Positions 1 to 13,769 of a DNA stretch of 64,000 nucleotides are shown piece by piece. The first letter of the stretch is position 1. Each line of letters opens with the position of its first letter. The notes below the pieces were generated by a model. The model was not told the DNA's origin. It saw only the letters and a program-made list of their open reading frames with translations, and did not search any database. The stretch is from Octopus sinensis (taxonomy: Eukaryota): assembly GCF_006345805.1 (NCBI RefSeq), contig NC_043010.1:25730001-25794000 (forward strand). The letters are read 5' to 3'. A program made the translations under genes and the position numbers.

Positions 1-660
1 CTGACTTGCTCACCTAGGTAACGGAAGCTATCAACTATTTCTAGTTTATCTCCCCGGAATGTGGTGGAAGTTTGTCTCAGAGCATTTTCAGTGTTTATCG
101 CTCCTGAGCATCTGCCACAAACAAAAACTATCTTCCTAGTTAGCCTTCCTTTGACATTGCTGCACCTCTTATGTGTCCATAGCTTACACTTGGTGCATCT
201 TATAGAGTTTCTACCTACACTTTTTCTACAGATCAAGCAGGGCCATCTACCTGAAGGCGTTTGTGATTTGTCTACCTTCCTACTTATTAGGACTTTGGTT
301 TTAGCTAGGTTGACTCTAAGGCCCTTCAATTCTAATCCTTGCTTCCACACCTGAAATTACTCCTCCAGTTCTGATAGTGACTCAGCAATTAGAGCAAGGT
401 CATCAGCATATAGGAGCTCCCAGGGGCATCCTGTCTTGAATTCCTCCGTTATTGCCTGGAGGACTATGATAAATAGTACGAGGCTGAGGACTGAACCTTG
501 GTGGACCCCTATCTCTACCCGGAATTCTTCACTGTACTCATTGCCAACCCTCACCTTACTAGCAGTGTCCCTGTACATGGCTCGCACAGCTCTCACTAAC
601 CATTTATCTATCCCTAGTTTCCTCATTGACCACCAGATAAGGGATTGGGGGACCCTGTCG
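1..660 (-). mobile_element. RTE-clade LINE reverse transcriptase fragment (one in-frame stop) with a PHD-like Cys/His finger
   Basis: Minus strand reads GVHQGSVLS...ELLYADDLALIAES-LEE*FQVWKQGLELKGLRVNLAKTK...CLIC...CTKC...HKRC...CGRC...LEIVDSFRYLG. Truncated at the TA/CA repeat at about 661 and runs off the window start. Confidence 0.85.
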
Positions 661-719
661 ATATATACACACATACACCGAAGACCCATCAAGACAAGCA
701 AAATCACAGTTGTGGCAGA

Positions 720-935
720 TATACCAGTGTTACACAAATGGCACCCATGCCGGTGGCACATAAAAGTACCTATTACACTCTTGGAGTGGTTGGTATTAGG
801 AAGGGCCTCTAGCCGTAGAAAACCATGTGAAGTCAGACTGGAGTCTGGTGCAGCCTTCCAGCTTACCACCCCTGGTCAAACCATCCAAACCCATGCCAGC
901 ATGGACAACAGGCGTTAAATGATGATGATGATGAG
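720..935 (+). mobile_element. SINE / RTE 3'-end family with (GAT)n tail (family C)
   Basis: Shares 'ggcattaggaagggcatccagctgtagaaaccatgcc...acccatgccagcatggaaa...atgatgatg' with many copies in the window (about 9570, 12245, 14925, 37745, 38030, 39090, 47045, 47520, 49880, 56270, 56770, 57270). Confidence 0.75.
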
Positions 936-1401
936 GAGGAGGAGGATATATATTTATATATATCCATATATGATGATCTTTCAGTTTCTTTCAGCCCAAA
1001 GATATAGTAAAAGACACTTGCCCAAGGTGTCGTGTGTGTGTGTCTGTCTGTCTGTGTGACTATCATACAAGTAGTCACACAAACTACTTGGCTTCAATAT
1101 TGGTTTCAATATTCTGTGTAAATATGTTTGGATAGAGGGAAATATTACCTTACTGGGAACCAGGTGAGGCTTAGTGACAGGAAGACCATCCAGTCATAGA
1201 TAATCTGCCACAATAAATTCCATCTGATCCATGAAAGCATGGAAAAGTGGCCATAAAACCGATGATGATGGTAATGTTCAAGTTGATGCTTCTCTTTTTA
1301 ATCTGTCTCCTTATTTTTCAGTTTTTTGCAGTTGATATTATTCTATGCCTCCAAAGTAAAAGTCTCATTTAGAAAATACAAAATTTAAGAATTGTTCTTA
1401 A

Positions 1402-1750
1402 GGTGCAGGTGTGGCTGTGTGGTAAGAAGTTTGCTTCTTAACCACATGGTTCTGAGTTCAGTGCCACTGTGTGGCACCCTGGACAAGTGTCTTGTACTAT
1501 AGCCTTGGGCCAATCAAAGCCTTGTGAGTGGTAGTTTTGTAGAGATGTGTGTCCCCTACCACTGCTTGACAACTGGTGTTGGCGTATTTATATCCTCTTA
1601 ACTTGGCAGTTCAGCAAAAGAGACCGATAGAATAAGTATCAGGCTTTAAAAAAAAATAAGTACTGGGATTGATTCATTCAACTAAAATTTTTCAAGATGT
1701 TGCCCCAGCATGACCACAGTCAAGTACCCGAAACAAGTAAAAGATTAAAA
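1402..1750 (+). mobile_element. tRNA-derived composite SINE (family A)
   Basis: tRNA-like head 'ggtgcaggtgtggctgtgtggtaagaag...ggttctgagttcagtgcc'; body and 3' end shared with copies at 12610, 19232, 25430, 34091, 53045, 57535. Confidence 0.8.
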
Positions 1751-2074
1751 CTAAAAAGTCTTAAGTATTCAGAAATTTTAAAAATTCTCTCACCCCTTAT
1801 CTTTCACTTTTACCATCATACATACTTATGTAACAAGTTTAAATTTTTGACTTGTGGTGAACAATGAGTTGGATATTGTAGGGGTTCATTGTTTAGTTAT
1901 ATTGTTTGTTTATGCTGGTAACAGTGAGCAACTTCTCTCAGAATGGCCTCTGGCTGTTCTTGAAGGACCCCTATACACTTCAACAGCATCAAGTTCTTCA
2001 GGCATTTATGGTTTTGACTTTAGAGTAGTTTTGTCAGATGCTTCTGAAAGTGAATCTTCATGGATTTATTTTGC

Positions 2075-2075
<1 letters not shown>

Positions 2076-2126
<51 letters not shown>

Positions 2127-2140
2127 GTCTGTCTATCTAC

Positions 2141-2234
<94 letters not shown>

Positions 2235-2241
2235 GTCTATC

Positions 2242-2304
<63 letters not shown>

Positions 2305-2413
2305 TTATCTATCTATCTACCTATCTATCTACTTATCTATCTACCTATCTATCTATCTATCTATCTCTCCGTCTGTCCGTCTATCTATCTATCTATCTAT
2401 CTATCTGTCTATC

Positions 2414-2460
<47 letters not shown>

Positions 2461-2496
2461 TTATCTATCTACCTATCTATCTACTTATCTATCTAC

Positions 2497-2538
<42 letters not shown>

Positions 2539-2625
2539 CTCCGTCTGTCCGTCTATCTATCTATTCTATCTATCTATCTATCTATCTATCTATCATCTAT
2601 CTATCTATATATATATATATGTGTG

Positions 2626-2684
<59 letters not shown>

Positions 2685-2810
2685 GCACACACATATATAT
2701 AAACATGTATACACATACACATACACATATCTATACATATATGCACACATATATATACATAAATAAATATATATATATATTCACACACACATACATACAC
2801 ATACATATAA
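2076..2810. repeat. About 530 bp (TATC)n array followed by (TA)n/(CA)n
   Basis: Directly visible; source of the YLSI/IYLS pseudo-ORFs. Confidence 0.97.
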
Positions 2811-4877
2811 CAGTGTTACATGTCATATGATGAGTAACTTTTGAAGAATACATTTACCACCATGGTTTATATCAGAAAATATGGTATATATACAACAATT
2901 ATAATTTAAATTTTATTACTTTGGTTTTTGAGAGTACTTATACAAAATGATGAAATAAAACTAATTTTCAAAAAATAAAAATTATTACCTTAAAACAAAA
3001 TTAAATAAAACAAATTTCTCATTTGTATGACTTCTTCCATAACTCTTCTGTCATTTACTGCCCCTCTTTCTCTTCTGTCTCTATGGTTCTTTCTCTCACA
3101 TTGTATGCATGTGTGTGTTATAGCATTCTTTTACTCATTGCCTGCCACCAAACCTAGTATGTACACTCATCCTGTTCCACTTATGTTAATTCTGTATATC
3201 TCTCTTTTAGTCTCTTTTTCCCCCTTCTCTATATGATGCACACATATATATGTGTGTGTCTGTGTTTGCCCCCTACCATCGCTTGACAATCAATGTTGGT
3301 GTGTTTATGTCTCTGTAACTTAGCAGTTCAGCAAAAGAGAATGATAGAATAAGTACTAGGCTTACAAAGAATAAGTCCTGGGGTTGATTTTCTCAACTAG
3401 AGGTGGTGCTCCAGCATGGCCACAGTCAAATGACTGAAACAAATAAAAGAATAAAAAAATAGATATATTTCCTGTATCATACATGTTGTCCTTCTGTCAT
3501 ACTTTAGCCTTTCAGCATCTGACGTAAAGCTACCCACTTCCACCCCTCCCTCTCAGATACTCCTTGCTTAGTCGTGGGAGCTTATTCTTTTCCTTTTTTT
3601 CCCCTCTCCTTTTTTTCCCCTCTCCTTTTTCTGTCTTACAAGTTACTCAGCAACCTCACTAATACTGGTGGCATAAAAAAAAAGCATCCAGTACACTCTG
3701 TAAACTGTTTGGCATTAGGAAGGGCATCCTGTTGAAGAAACCATGCCAAAGCTGACACATGAACGTTCAATGTGGCCTTGCTCACCAGGACCGGTCAAAC
3801 TACCCGATATTAAATGACGATTTCTTTATTCTGTCAATGTATTCCATCTCTCATTTGTTTACGATCCCAAAATATCAAAATGCAAGCTAAAACTTCATCT
3901 GTTGTTTTGTTTTCATTTTTCTATTTCATTTTGCATTGTTATGGCCTGTTCATAAAAGTTTCTATATCATATAATATCCTACAATGCTTCACCCTAACCA
4001 ATCTGTTTTAATATACGCCTATATCTACATCTCTCTCTATATATTTTATACACATATACATAGATGCATACAAAAATTACATAACCCCTACTTTTACCTG
4101 AATTTAGGACTTTCAAACTCTTTATATATGTCGATAACATCACCTCAACTCTCCATATCTATACCTATTATCTATATTATGAAATTATTCTTTTGAATTC
4201 AAACCCCTAACTCTCACTTATTAATCCATTAGCAGAAGAAAAGGTTATTTGTCTAATTCTGCCAATTTTAGTGTTAGCTACTTATTCCATATCGTAGTTT
4301 TCTCACTTTTTCTTTAGTTTTCCCATTTTTAACTTTTTTTGCGTCAACTTTTCTTCTGACTAATTTTCTGTAAAATCAATTATCTAACATACCTTACTCC
4401 AATGGAAAAACATGTGACTTGGAACTGACAAGTGAATCTATAAACCTATTTCCTTTGCTAAAAGCCATTATATCTACAATTCAATGAAAGAAATAAACAT
4501 AGTTCACTGAAATTCTTCATACGGCAATTACTTCCGTTTTATTTTTAAAATCTAAAAGCTAAGTTAAGAGTCGGCGTTTTTTTCCATGTTTTTATGGAGT
4601 TTTTTTTTCTTACCATTGTAGAGATTTTCTACCCACCCACCACCCAGTTATTTATTATATTACTATTAGAAATTCTTTCTATGTTAAAGAATATGCAAAA
4701 AAAAAAAAAAGATTTCTGCTCATTTTTTTTTTATTTTAAAATAATTCTTCTACACAAGTCTATCCAAATATAAAAATGATTATATACTCAAAGTGTTTCA
4801 TCTCCTGCTAGGAAGTGTCATTTTGATTCACGCTTTCTTTTGCAATGTATTTTAAATTTGTGAAAAAAGAAAGACAC

Positions 4878-4911
<34 letters not shown>

Positions 4912-5296
4912 GATTGTATGTACTTAAAAGCAATGAAAAATGTTTTATTGAGGTTTTAGATTTGTGATAAATTCCACCTGCTTAGTTCTTTTGGTCTTTT
5001 CCTATTAGCTTTTCAAACCCAGCAATTTCACCGCTGCTGCCACCGCCACCATCGGTGTGTATTTAACACTTCCCCTCCCCAACCGCACCCCCCATCACAC
5101 CTCCACTGCATCTTTTATACAAAGATTACAGTTGAGCAGCTAAGTATCACTGCATCAACGTTTGGACTGCTATAAGCTGTTAGAATCTGTACTGTTGCCG
5201 TGTAGTTGAGCACTCCCTCTCTCCATTCCCACCGCCACCACTGTTACTGATATTTTTCCTGGTAGGGACTCTTGCTATATGTTTTGTTAGCTTTCT

Positions 5297-5439
<143 letters not shown>

Positions 5440-6130
5440 CTTCTAACTTTAACTCCTCCCCCTGTCCTCAGCATTGTTGTCATGGATGTAACTAAATCTG
5501 TGGGTGATGCTGCAACATTTGTAATTAGCAATGATGGCAGATCTAGAGCACACTTACAGAATGCAATTAAAACTCACTATTACTTGTGGGGGGAGGGGAA
5601 GCGCGTGGGGGGAGAACAGTTCTGGAGGGGGATGTGACTGAAGCTGAGGCTGTGGCTGGGCCGGGCCGAGTTGAGTTGGGGGTGGGGGTCGTGGATTGAC
5701 GGTAGGTGGTGGTGGTAGTGGTGATAACGGTGATGGTGGTAACAGTGGTGAGAGGTGGGGCTTCAGCGAGAGAGAGAGAGAGAGAGAGAACTAAGCTATA
5801 GGTTTCAGGGTCAGCTCCAGCTACGATTGAATTGCCGATCAAGTGGCAAGAACAAATAAATCAACTTCACTAATTGATTTATCACTCTGAGGTGAGCAGG
5901 CAATTAGTATTTTCTGAAATATATGTTTTACTGACTTGTTACTGGCTTCCCATGATAAAAGTGGAGGTTGTGCTTCTTTATTATTTCGGATTTAACAAAA
6001 TCCAAGCTTGTCAGATAAAATATAGACAAATTTAACATTTATTTATATATATATATAGACATATAGATATACACGCACACACATTTATATATAGATACAT
6101 ACAAACATATATATATATATATATATATAT

Positions 6131-6470
6131 TGTCGTGGCATTCCGTCAGTTACAACAACGAGCGTTCCAGTTGATCTGATCAACAGAACAGTCTGCTCGT
6201 GAAATTAAGGTGCAAGTGGCTGAGCACTCCACAGACACGTGTACCCTTAAGCCTGGCCCCTTTGAAATACAGGTACGACAGAAACAGGAAGAAAGAGTGA
6301 GAGAAAGTTGTGTTGAAAGAATACAGCAGAGTTTGCCACCACCCCCTGTCGGAGCCTCGTGGAACTTTAAGTGTTTTCACTCAATAAACACTCACAACAC
6401 CCGGTCTGGGAATCAAAACCACAATCCCATGACTGTGAGCCCACTGTCCTAACCACTGGACCTTTGCACC
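6131..6470 (-). mobile_element. tRNA-derived SINE (family D)
   Basis: Reverse complement starts with a tRNA-like head (ggtccagtggttaggacagtgggctcacagtcatgggattgtggttttgattcccagacc); body shared with 8310-8990. Confidence 0.7.
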
Positions 6471-7003
6471 TCTACTATAGATATATACACACACAATTAT
6501 ACATACATACATACATATCTAACTTTTACAGTGACTATAATAATTAAGTAAAAAAGTTGGGTTTTTTTTCTTAAAATTGGTTAGCAATTACATTTAAAAA
6601 TTTATATTAAAGACAATTTAGCCAGTACATGGTTTATGAAATTGAAAATTTCCAAAAGATTGTTTTTAAAAAAAAACTTAAAAGAAACATTCCGATGCCA
6701 ATTTAAGAATGGCCATTCAGAAGTGAAGATCTCCAAACTTTATATTTGGTAGAATGCTGTATTTCGGCACCATCTTTTGCTTACTTTAAATTGGAATGGT
6801 GACTATGAAACTTTCTTCAGATTTTCTTAAACAAGGTAAACCTGTTTTTTTTTTTTTTCATTAAAGTTTATTTGCTAGTGTATACACAAATTAAAATTCA
6901 TTTCAAAACTTATATTTGAGACGACTTGCTCGTCTAATAATTTGCTTAAACTTTTGAATTTACATATATATGAATCTTCAGAAAGTATTCTTCATCATCA
7001 CCA

Positions 7004-7059
<56 letters not shown>

Positions 7060-7075
7060 GTTGTTATTGTTATCA

Positions 7076-7111
<36 letters not shown>

Positions 7112-7152
7112 TATTATTATTATTATTTTATTTTTATTTTTATTATTATTGT

Positions 7153-7375
7153 TAAGGCGGCAAGCTGGCAGAATCGTTAGCATGCCAAGCAAAATGTTTA
7201 GTGGCATTTCGTCTATCTTTATGTTCTCAGTTCAAATTCCACCAAGGTTAACTTTGCCTTTCGGGGTTGATAAAATAAGTACCAGTGAAACACTGGGGTC
7301 GATATAATCTACTAGTCCCCTAGTTTCAGGCCTTGTGCCTATAGTAGAAAGGATTATTATTATTATTATTATTAC
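7153..7375 (+). mobile_element. tRNA-derived SINE with (TAT)n tail (family B; Meta/MESC-like central domain)
   Basis: 'aggcggcaagctggcagaatcgttagc...gttcaaattcc...gcctttc(atcc)...ggggttgataaaataagtaccag'; flanked by (TAT)n on both sides. Domain name is from recall. Confidence 0.75.
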
Positions 7376-7516
7376 TTTGAAGCGCCTCCGGTTATTGGGA
7401 GTTTTATTTGTTTTTTCCTTGTTATTCTATTTACACATTCTAAAACCCTTTGCATCGTCCTGTTTTGTCATTCCATGTTGCTTTTGTATTAGCCCTTGTG
7501 GCCAATAAAAGAATAA

Positions 7517-7575
<59 letters not shown>

Positions 7576-8400
7576 ATGCATGTGTAAATAATTTCTATTC
7601 TTTTGAAAACTGGTCTGTATATTTATTAACAAAGGGACAGGAACTTTACTTCTTTTTATATGATCTTAATTTTGTTTCCTGGTCGTAGACAAATCAAACA
7701 CTAAGTAATTATTTTTGTTATTTGTAACAACATGGTAACAGTTTAACCAGAATCATCTACACCTTGGGCTGGTTTCGCCACCCCTCATCACTCTCACAAC
7801 TAGAATCCACACCCCACTATCTTGCATTCCACTGTCACCACCACCACCGCCATCACTTCAGGCTATTTTCACCTGATTTTGATCTACTGATGTTCATTGG
7901 TGGTTTGTAGCTGCTGTTGCCCTCATTGTAAATATGCATTAGGCCCAGTATATATCTAAATATCTCCTGTTCTCCTGACAACAGAACTTTCATACATTGG
8001 CACCACATTAGCTGTAAAGAAGAATTTATGAAGCCTACTCCCTTTTTCCCCACTGTGGTCTAGGGAAAGTTTTCCTCTCTGTGCAGTCACCCTCTAGGTG
8101 TCGGTTAGCACAGCTGCTGTAAGATGTCCAGTATTTTGCACTTTGACATAATCAATGATAACAACAACAACCACAACAACAACAACAACAGCAATACTTT
8201 CAACTACATTGTCAATAATTTTCTCCAAACAAAACTACAAAGTTGTCTCCTACTTCAGATTAAAATAAATTACTTTGAAAGGAAACATTTTGACAAGACA
8301 ATCTGCACCTGACACGCTGTCAGTTATGACAATGAGGGTTCCAGTTGATCTGATCGACATAACAGCCTGCTTGTGAACTTAACATAAAAGTGGCTGAGTA

Positions 8401-8565
8401 CCATATTTTAACATGTATAAGGGACCCTCATGTATAAGGAACCCCCTAATGTGGGGGGTCTAAAATCTGGAAAAAAGTTTTGTAAGGGATTATAATACTA
8501 TCTGTGTATAAGAAACTCCCATATTTTTTTAACCAAAATTGTTCCTTATACATATTAAAATACGG
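8401..8565. mobile_element. Tc1/mariner-pogo-type MITE, 165 bp, TA TSD
   Basis: TIRs TA|CCATATTTTAACATGTATAAGG ... CCTTATACATATTAAAATACGG|TA. Confidence 0.85.
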
Positions 8566-8585
8566 TACTTCATAGACGTGCATAG

Positions 8586-8779
8586 CAGGGGCATGTATTC
8601 TGGGTGTATTAGGTCTGCACTGCACACCCATCGAAAATGGCAAATTCATTATAAATATTAACCTCACTCATTAATTTAATCCCAAGTCTTCATGGAAAAC
8701 TTTTGTTATGCTCCTGCTTGAAATTTGGTGGCATTGGGTGTGGCAACACACCCAATACATCAACCATCATATGCCACTG
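8586..8779. mobile_element. hAT-like MITE with degenerate 8-bp TSD
   Basis: Ends CAGGGGCAT...ATGCCACTG, subterminal GGGTGT..CACACCC motifs, flanks GTGCATAG / GTGCGTAC (6/8). Confidence 0.65.
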
Positions 8780-10424
8780 GTGCGTACCCTTAACATAGTT
8801 CTCAGGGAGATTCAGTGTGACACAGCCTGTGACAAGGCTGGCCGTTTTGAAATACAGGTGCTACTCATTTTTGCCAGCTGAGTGGACTGGAGCAATGTGA
8901 AATAAAGTGCCTTGCTCAAGGGCACAATTACTGATAATTGAACTCACGGTCTTATGAATATGAATCAAGTACCCTATCCATTAAACCATGTACCTTCACT
9001 ATTCTGCATCTACAAGTATAACAACAACAATAACAACAAAAATATGTCAACAGCAACATTACCGCCATCTCCACCATCAGGAGTAAAGGACTCTAATCAA
9101 TACATCAAAACCCAATGTAGACGTGAAAATTGCTAAAATAGCAGCTAAATTTCTCTCAACTCAGATCCTTTCATATTAAATAATAAAAGACTGCATTAGA
9201 GTATGTAGTTTTCTATGCACTTATAGAAACAACGGAACAGCTATAGTATGGCTAGAATGCCTAGGGTCAACCTGAAGTTACACAGCAACAACAACAAGAG
9301 ACTCCCTCTTTTATCTACCAACTGCCACCGTTATTACCATAGTAACCAACTTCATTACAACCTGTCACACCATCACCTCAGTCTGTGTTTGTTCAAATCT
9401 AATTCACTAACTTTATAATACTTGTGCATATAATATTCTTCTCTGTGTTTGGTTTTCAACTATTTTCAAGTCTTTACACTTGCACTAATGAATTACCCCA
9501 TTTCAATGGCTACTGCCTCGATGGTCAACAAACATTTCCCTTTATACATACATACATATATCGTTGTCATCATCATCAGCAGCAGCAACAGCATTTAATG
9601 TCCATTTTCCATGCTGGCATGGGTTGGATGGTTTGACAGGAGGTGGCAAGCCGGAGAGCTGCACCAGGCCACAATTGTCTTGTTTTGGCATGGTTTCTAT
9701 AGCATGATGCTCTTCCTTATGCCAACCTCTTTACAAAGGGTACTGGGTGCTTTTTACATGACACCAGCACGAGTGCTTTTTACTCTCACATATACATACA
9801 CAAACACATATGTTTGTGTATATATGTGCATGTATATGTGTGTATTACTTGTGGAAATTCTAACTTTGTCTGATTTTCATGTTTTATTTACAATCTTATA
9901 ATAAGATAAGATAAGATAATATGATATAATGAAATGATAGAATATTAAATGTCCATTCTGATGGAATTAGTACTTTCATACATTAAACTCTGCAATCTTC
10001 AGGTTCATATAGTAGTAATGACATAAATGTATATATGTATATATATCACTGTATCAACCGGTCTATCAGATGTTGTTATATACTGCTGGTCACAATGCAC
10101 TTCCTTACATTGCTGTAGCTGTCAAATGATTTGGCATGGTTTTCTACAGCTTGATGCCCTTCCTGACATCAACCACTCCGAGAGTGTAATGAGTGCTTTT
10201 ATGTGCCACCAGCACGGGTACCGTTTGCATGACACTGGTGGCATGGGTGCCAATTTGCATGACACCGGTATCTGACATGACTGCAGTTTTGCTCAGCTTA
10301 ATGGGTCTTCTTCTTAAGCACGACATAATGCCAAAGGTCTCTCGGTCATTGCCTCCTTGAGGCCCAACACTCAAAAGGAAATCAGCCACATTGCCTCCAT
10401 AAGGCCCAATGCTTGAAAGAAACC

Positions 10425-11957
10425 TCGGCACTTATTCTTTGTAAACCTAGTATTTATTCTATAGACCTCTTTTGCCGAACTACTAAGTTACGGGAACATA
10501 CACACATCAGCATTGATTGTCAAGCGATGGTGGGGGGACAAACACTGGTACACACACACACACAATATATATATATATATGCATTGTGTGTTTCTTAACC
10601 CTTTCGTTACCAAACCGCCCGAAAAAAATTTTGGTTAATGTAACCAAACCGCCCAAACCCGCCTGTATTTACCTATTCATATTTAAATGAGAATATCAGA
10701 GCAAATCTCTTTATTACATTTGTGAAAACACGTGATTATACTTCGTAAACAGTTCATCTACAGTTTTGTACAACGATCGAAGTGTAATTTTAATTCCGTA
10801 AATTTTGGGAGATTTTTTTTCCAAAATTTGTTCCTATTGTGTTTTCAAACTTTGTAATTCTGACAAAAAATGGATACGAATTTCATCATATCAAGCAGCG
10901 AGTCAGAATTCGAAGGATTTTCTACTGAAGACCTTGATAAATCTAACTCTATGACTGAAAAAAAAAAAGCACATGGTATTTGATAATGAATCTGATGTTT
11001 CATTTTCCGAAAGTGAAAACAGTGAATCCGAGAGCTCCGACTGCGATAAAGAAAATGAATTGGCACCTGAATAGAGTGAAAATTGAAAAACTGTTTCTTT
11101 CGGTGATTTTTCTGAAGAAACTGGACCAAGCCACAGACTTTCCCAGGAGAGTAAAGCCTTAGACTATCTCTTTTTACTTTTTCGAATGAGCCTATTTGAA
11201 ATCATTACGGCGGAAACGAACCGTTATGCTAAATGTAAACAAAGCGAAAGAAAGGATAGTTAGTGGTTTCCCACAACCTTAAATGAAATTAAGACTATTT
11301 TACCATAGATATTATTATGGGTATCAGAAAGTTACCCAGAATAACAAATTCTATCGTAAAATTTTGTTGTATACCCAATTGAATATTAGCTAATAACCCA
11401 TTTTCTTTAGCGATGTTTGAACAAAATTTTAATAATTTTATATCTTGTTGAATTTACCTGTATCTACCTGCAATTAGAGTCACTTTGTGACAAAAATTAT
11501 AGTATAGAATTGGTTGAGAACATTTCATTAAATTATCTTCCAAAAATCACATTAATATATTGATAAATAAAAAAGTTATAGTTGTTTAATGAAACCAGAC
11601 TAACTTTATGATTATGTTAGAAATTAATTGAAACACAAAAGGGGTGTATTTTGGTCAGAAATATAGTAACGAAAGGGTTAAATGGCTTATAAGCACCTTC
11701 CACGCTGCAATTGTTTTCGTTCCAGCACACAATCTCAGATCAGGTCACTTGCTATGCAAGTACATCTCTGTAATATATATATATATATATATATATATGA
11801 CAAGCTTCTTTCAGTTTCCCTCTACCAAATTCACTCATAAGGCTTTGGTTTGCTCGAGGCTATAGTAGAAGACACTTGCCCAAGGCGCCACACAGTGGGA
11901 CTGAACCCAGAACCATGTTATTGGGAAGCAAGCTTCTTACCACACAGCCATACCTGT
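10425..11957 (-). mobile_element. Family A SINE split at its internal microsatellite (3' half about 10425-10565, 5' half about 11798-11957)
   Basis: The two halves are collinear with intact copies and bracket the piggyBac. Confidence 0.7.
10599..11677 (+). mobile_element. Internally deleted piggyBac transposon with N-terminal transposase remnant (about 10870-11345)
   Basis: TTAA|CCCTTTCGTTAC ... GTAACGAAAGGG|TTAA. Degraded ORF MDTNFIISSSESEFEGFS...ALDYLFLLF..LFEIITAETNRYA...WFPTTLNEIK...IIMGIRKLPRI is typical of piggyBac/PGBD N-termini. Confidence 0.9.
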
Positions 11958-12609
11958 TAAATTTTTCCTTTTTTTCTTGAAAGTTCCACATACTGGATGA
12001 AAATATTGAATGCAAACATATTTCCAGTTCAAATCTGCTTGAGAATGTCATTCACCATATTCTGTGATGGAGAAAAATTCTTGTTGTAGACAAAATACTC
12101 GACGAAATACTGTGAACAGCTTCCTTATAGATTTGAATATGTCCGCCAAACATATTTGAATTGGTAACAAGTTTGTATTGAAACACATCATTGCTTAGCA
12201 CTTCTAATGCATATGTTAAATAATGTTAATGATGAAATCTCCATCATCTTCATTTTAACATCCATTTTCCATGCTGGTATGGACAGTTTGACTGGAATTG
12301 ACAGATCCAATGACCGTCTTGTGCTCCATTGTCCACTTTAGCCTGATTTCTATGAGTGGATGCCCTTCCTAATGCCAACCACTTCACAGCATGTACTGGG
12401 TGCCTTTTCCTTTTTTTTTTTTTGTGGCATCAGCACAGGTTAGGTTGCCATGCAGGTTGTAAGAGATTATGAACCCCGAAAAATACAGTTTTATTTCAAG
12501 TTGAGCGTTTAAACTATGAGAGGAAAGGCAAATTCAGAATAGGTTTCTTGCTGTCGAGAGCTACATGCTTAACACACACACGCACATATAATATGTGTAT
12601 ATATATACT

Positions 12610-13005
12610 CTTTTCTCTTTTATTTGTTTCAGTCATTTGACTGCGGCCATGCTGGAGCACCGCCTTTAGTCGAGCAAATCGACCCCAGGACTTATTCTTT
12701 GTAAGCCTAGTACTTATTCTGTCGGTCTCTTTTGCCGAACCCCTAAGCATCGGTTGTCAAGCGATGTTGTGGGGGCAAACACAGACACACAAACATACAC
12801 ACCACACACACACATACACACATATATATACATATATACGACGAGCTTTTTTCAGTTTCCATCTATCAAATCCACTCACAAGGTTTTGGTCAGCTCAAGG
12901 CTATAGTAGAAGACACTTGCCCAAGTTGCCACGCAGTGGGACTGAACCCGCAACCATGTGGTTGATAAGCAAGCTATTTACCACACAGCCACTCCTACGC
13001 CTATA
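12610..13005 (-). mobile_element. Family A SINE, full length
   Basis: Reverse complement of 34091-34495. Confidence 0.8.
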
Positions 13006-13769
13006 TAAGTATATATATATTCTTTTTTATTGTTTGACAGTGAAGCTTTAATTCTGTTGTGGCACATACACACACATGCACACACAAATTTGTTGAGTCC
13101 AGGCTGTTCATTCAAAGCATCAGAATAGTAGATGAAACCATTGCTACTTTAAATTATAATCACACAGTCAATTCCATTCAACAAGGACCTTAACACACCA
13201 TTAATAATAAGTCTATCACTTCCTCGGTCATTAAGCCTTCGTGTTGGGTGCGAGCGGGGATTGAATAGTTTTGACATTTATATTGTTCCAAAGGGTATTA
13301 ACAATGTAAAGGAGGCAGTTCCAGCTGGGAATCAAAAACGGTACCATGGGCTTGGTTTTTAGCTTTACCAACTTACATGTCATGTCATTTGCTCCCACTA
13401 ATAATAATAATAATAATAATAATAACCATAATCATAATACTGAATAATATGATATAATTGTTGTTGTGATTAAGATGGTGTGACCATTAAGTTGACAGAA
13501 ATAACGGAATGCCTGATTAAATGCATTAAAGTATCCTATTTCATCCGTTAATATACATTTCAGTTTCAAATCCTGTTGGGGTAGGCTTAGCACTTTTATT
13601 TTTTTATTTATATATTTATTGTTTTTATTACTTTATCATCTCTTCAGAGCCAAGAAAATAAGTACCAGTAATATGCTGAAGTTAAATCAATCAACTGTAT
13701 TTGAATTTTTAGCCATATTGGTTTTACACTAAGTCAGAATTACCATTCTTATTGTAAAAAATAAAGAAA

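Larger units (their letters stand above)
8310..8990 (-). mobile_element. Family D SINE interrupted by two MITEs
   Basis: Homology to 6131-6470 resumes on both sides of the inserts. Confidence 0.7.

Noticed and set aside
1854-2830. Long ORFs of 242-282 aa
   Set aside because: Translations of (TATC)n/(TA)n, which lack stops in these frames.
3800-4530. Possible old Penelope-like 3' end with CTGACAA...TAAAA remnant
   Set aside because: Too degenerate; stems cannot be drawn convincingly.
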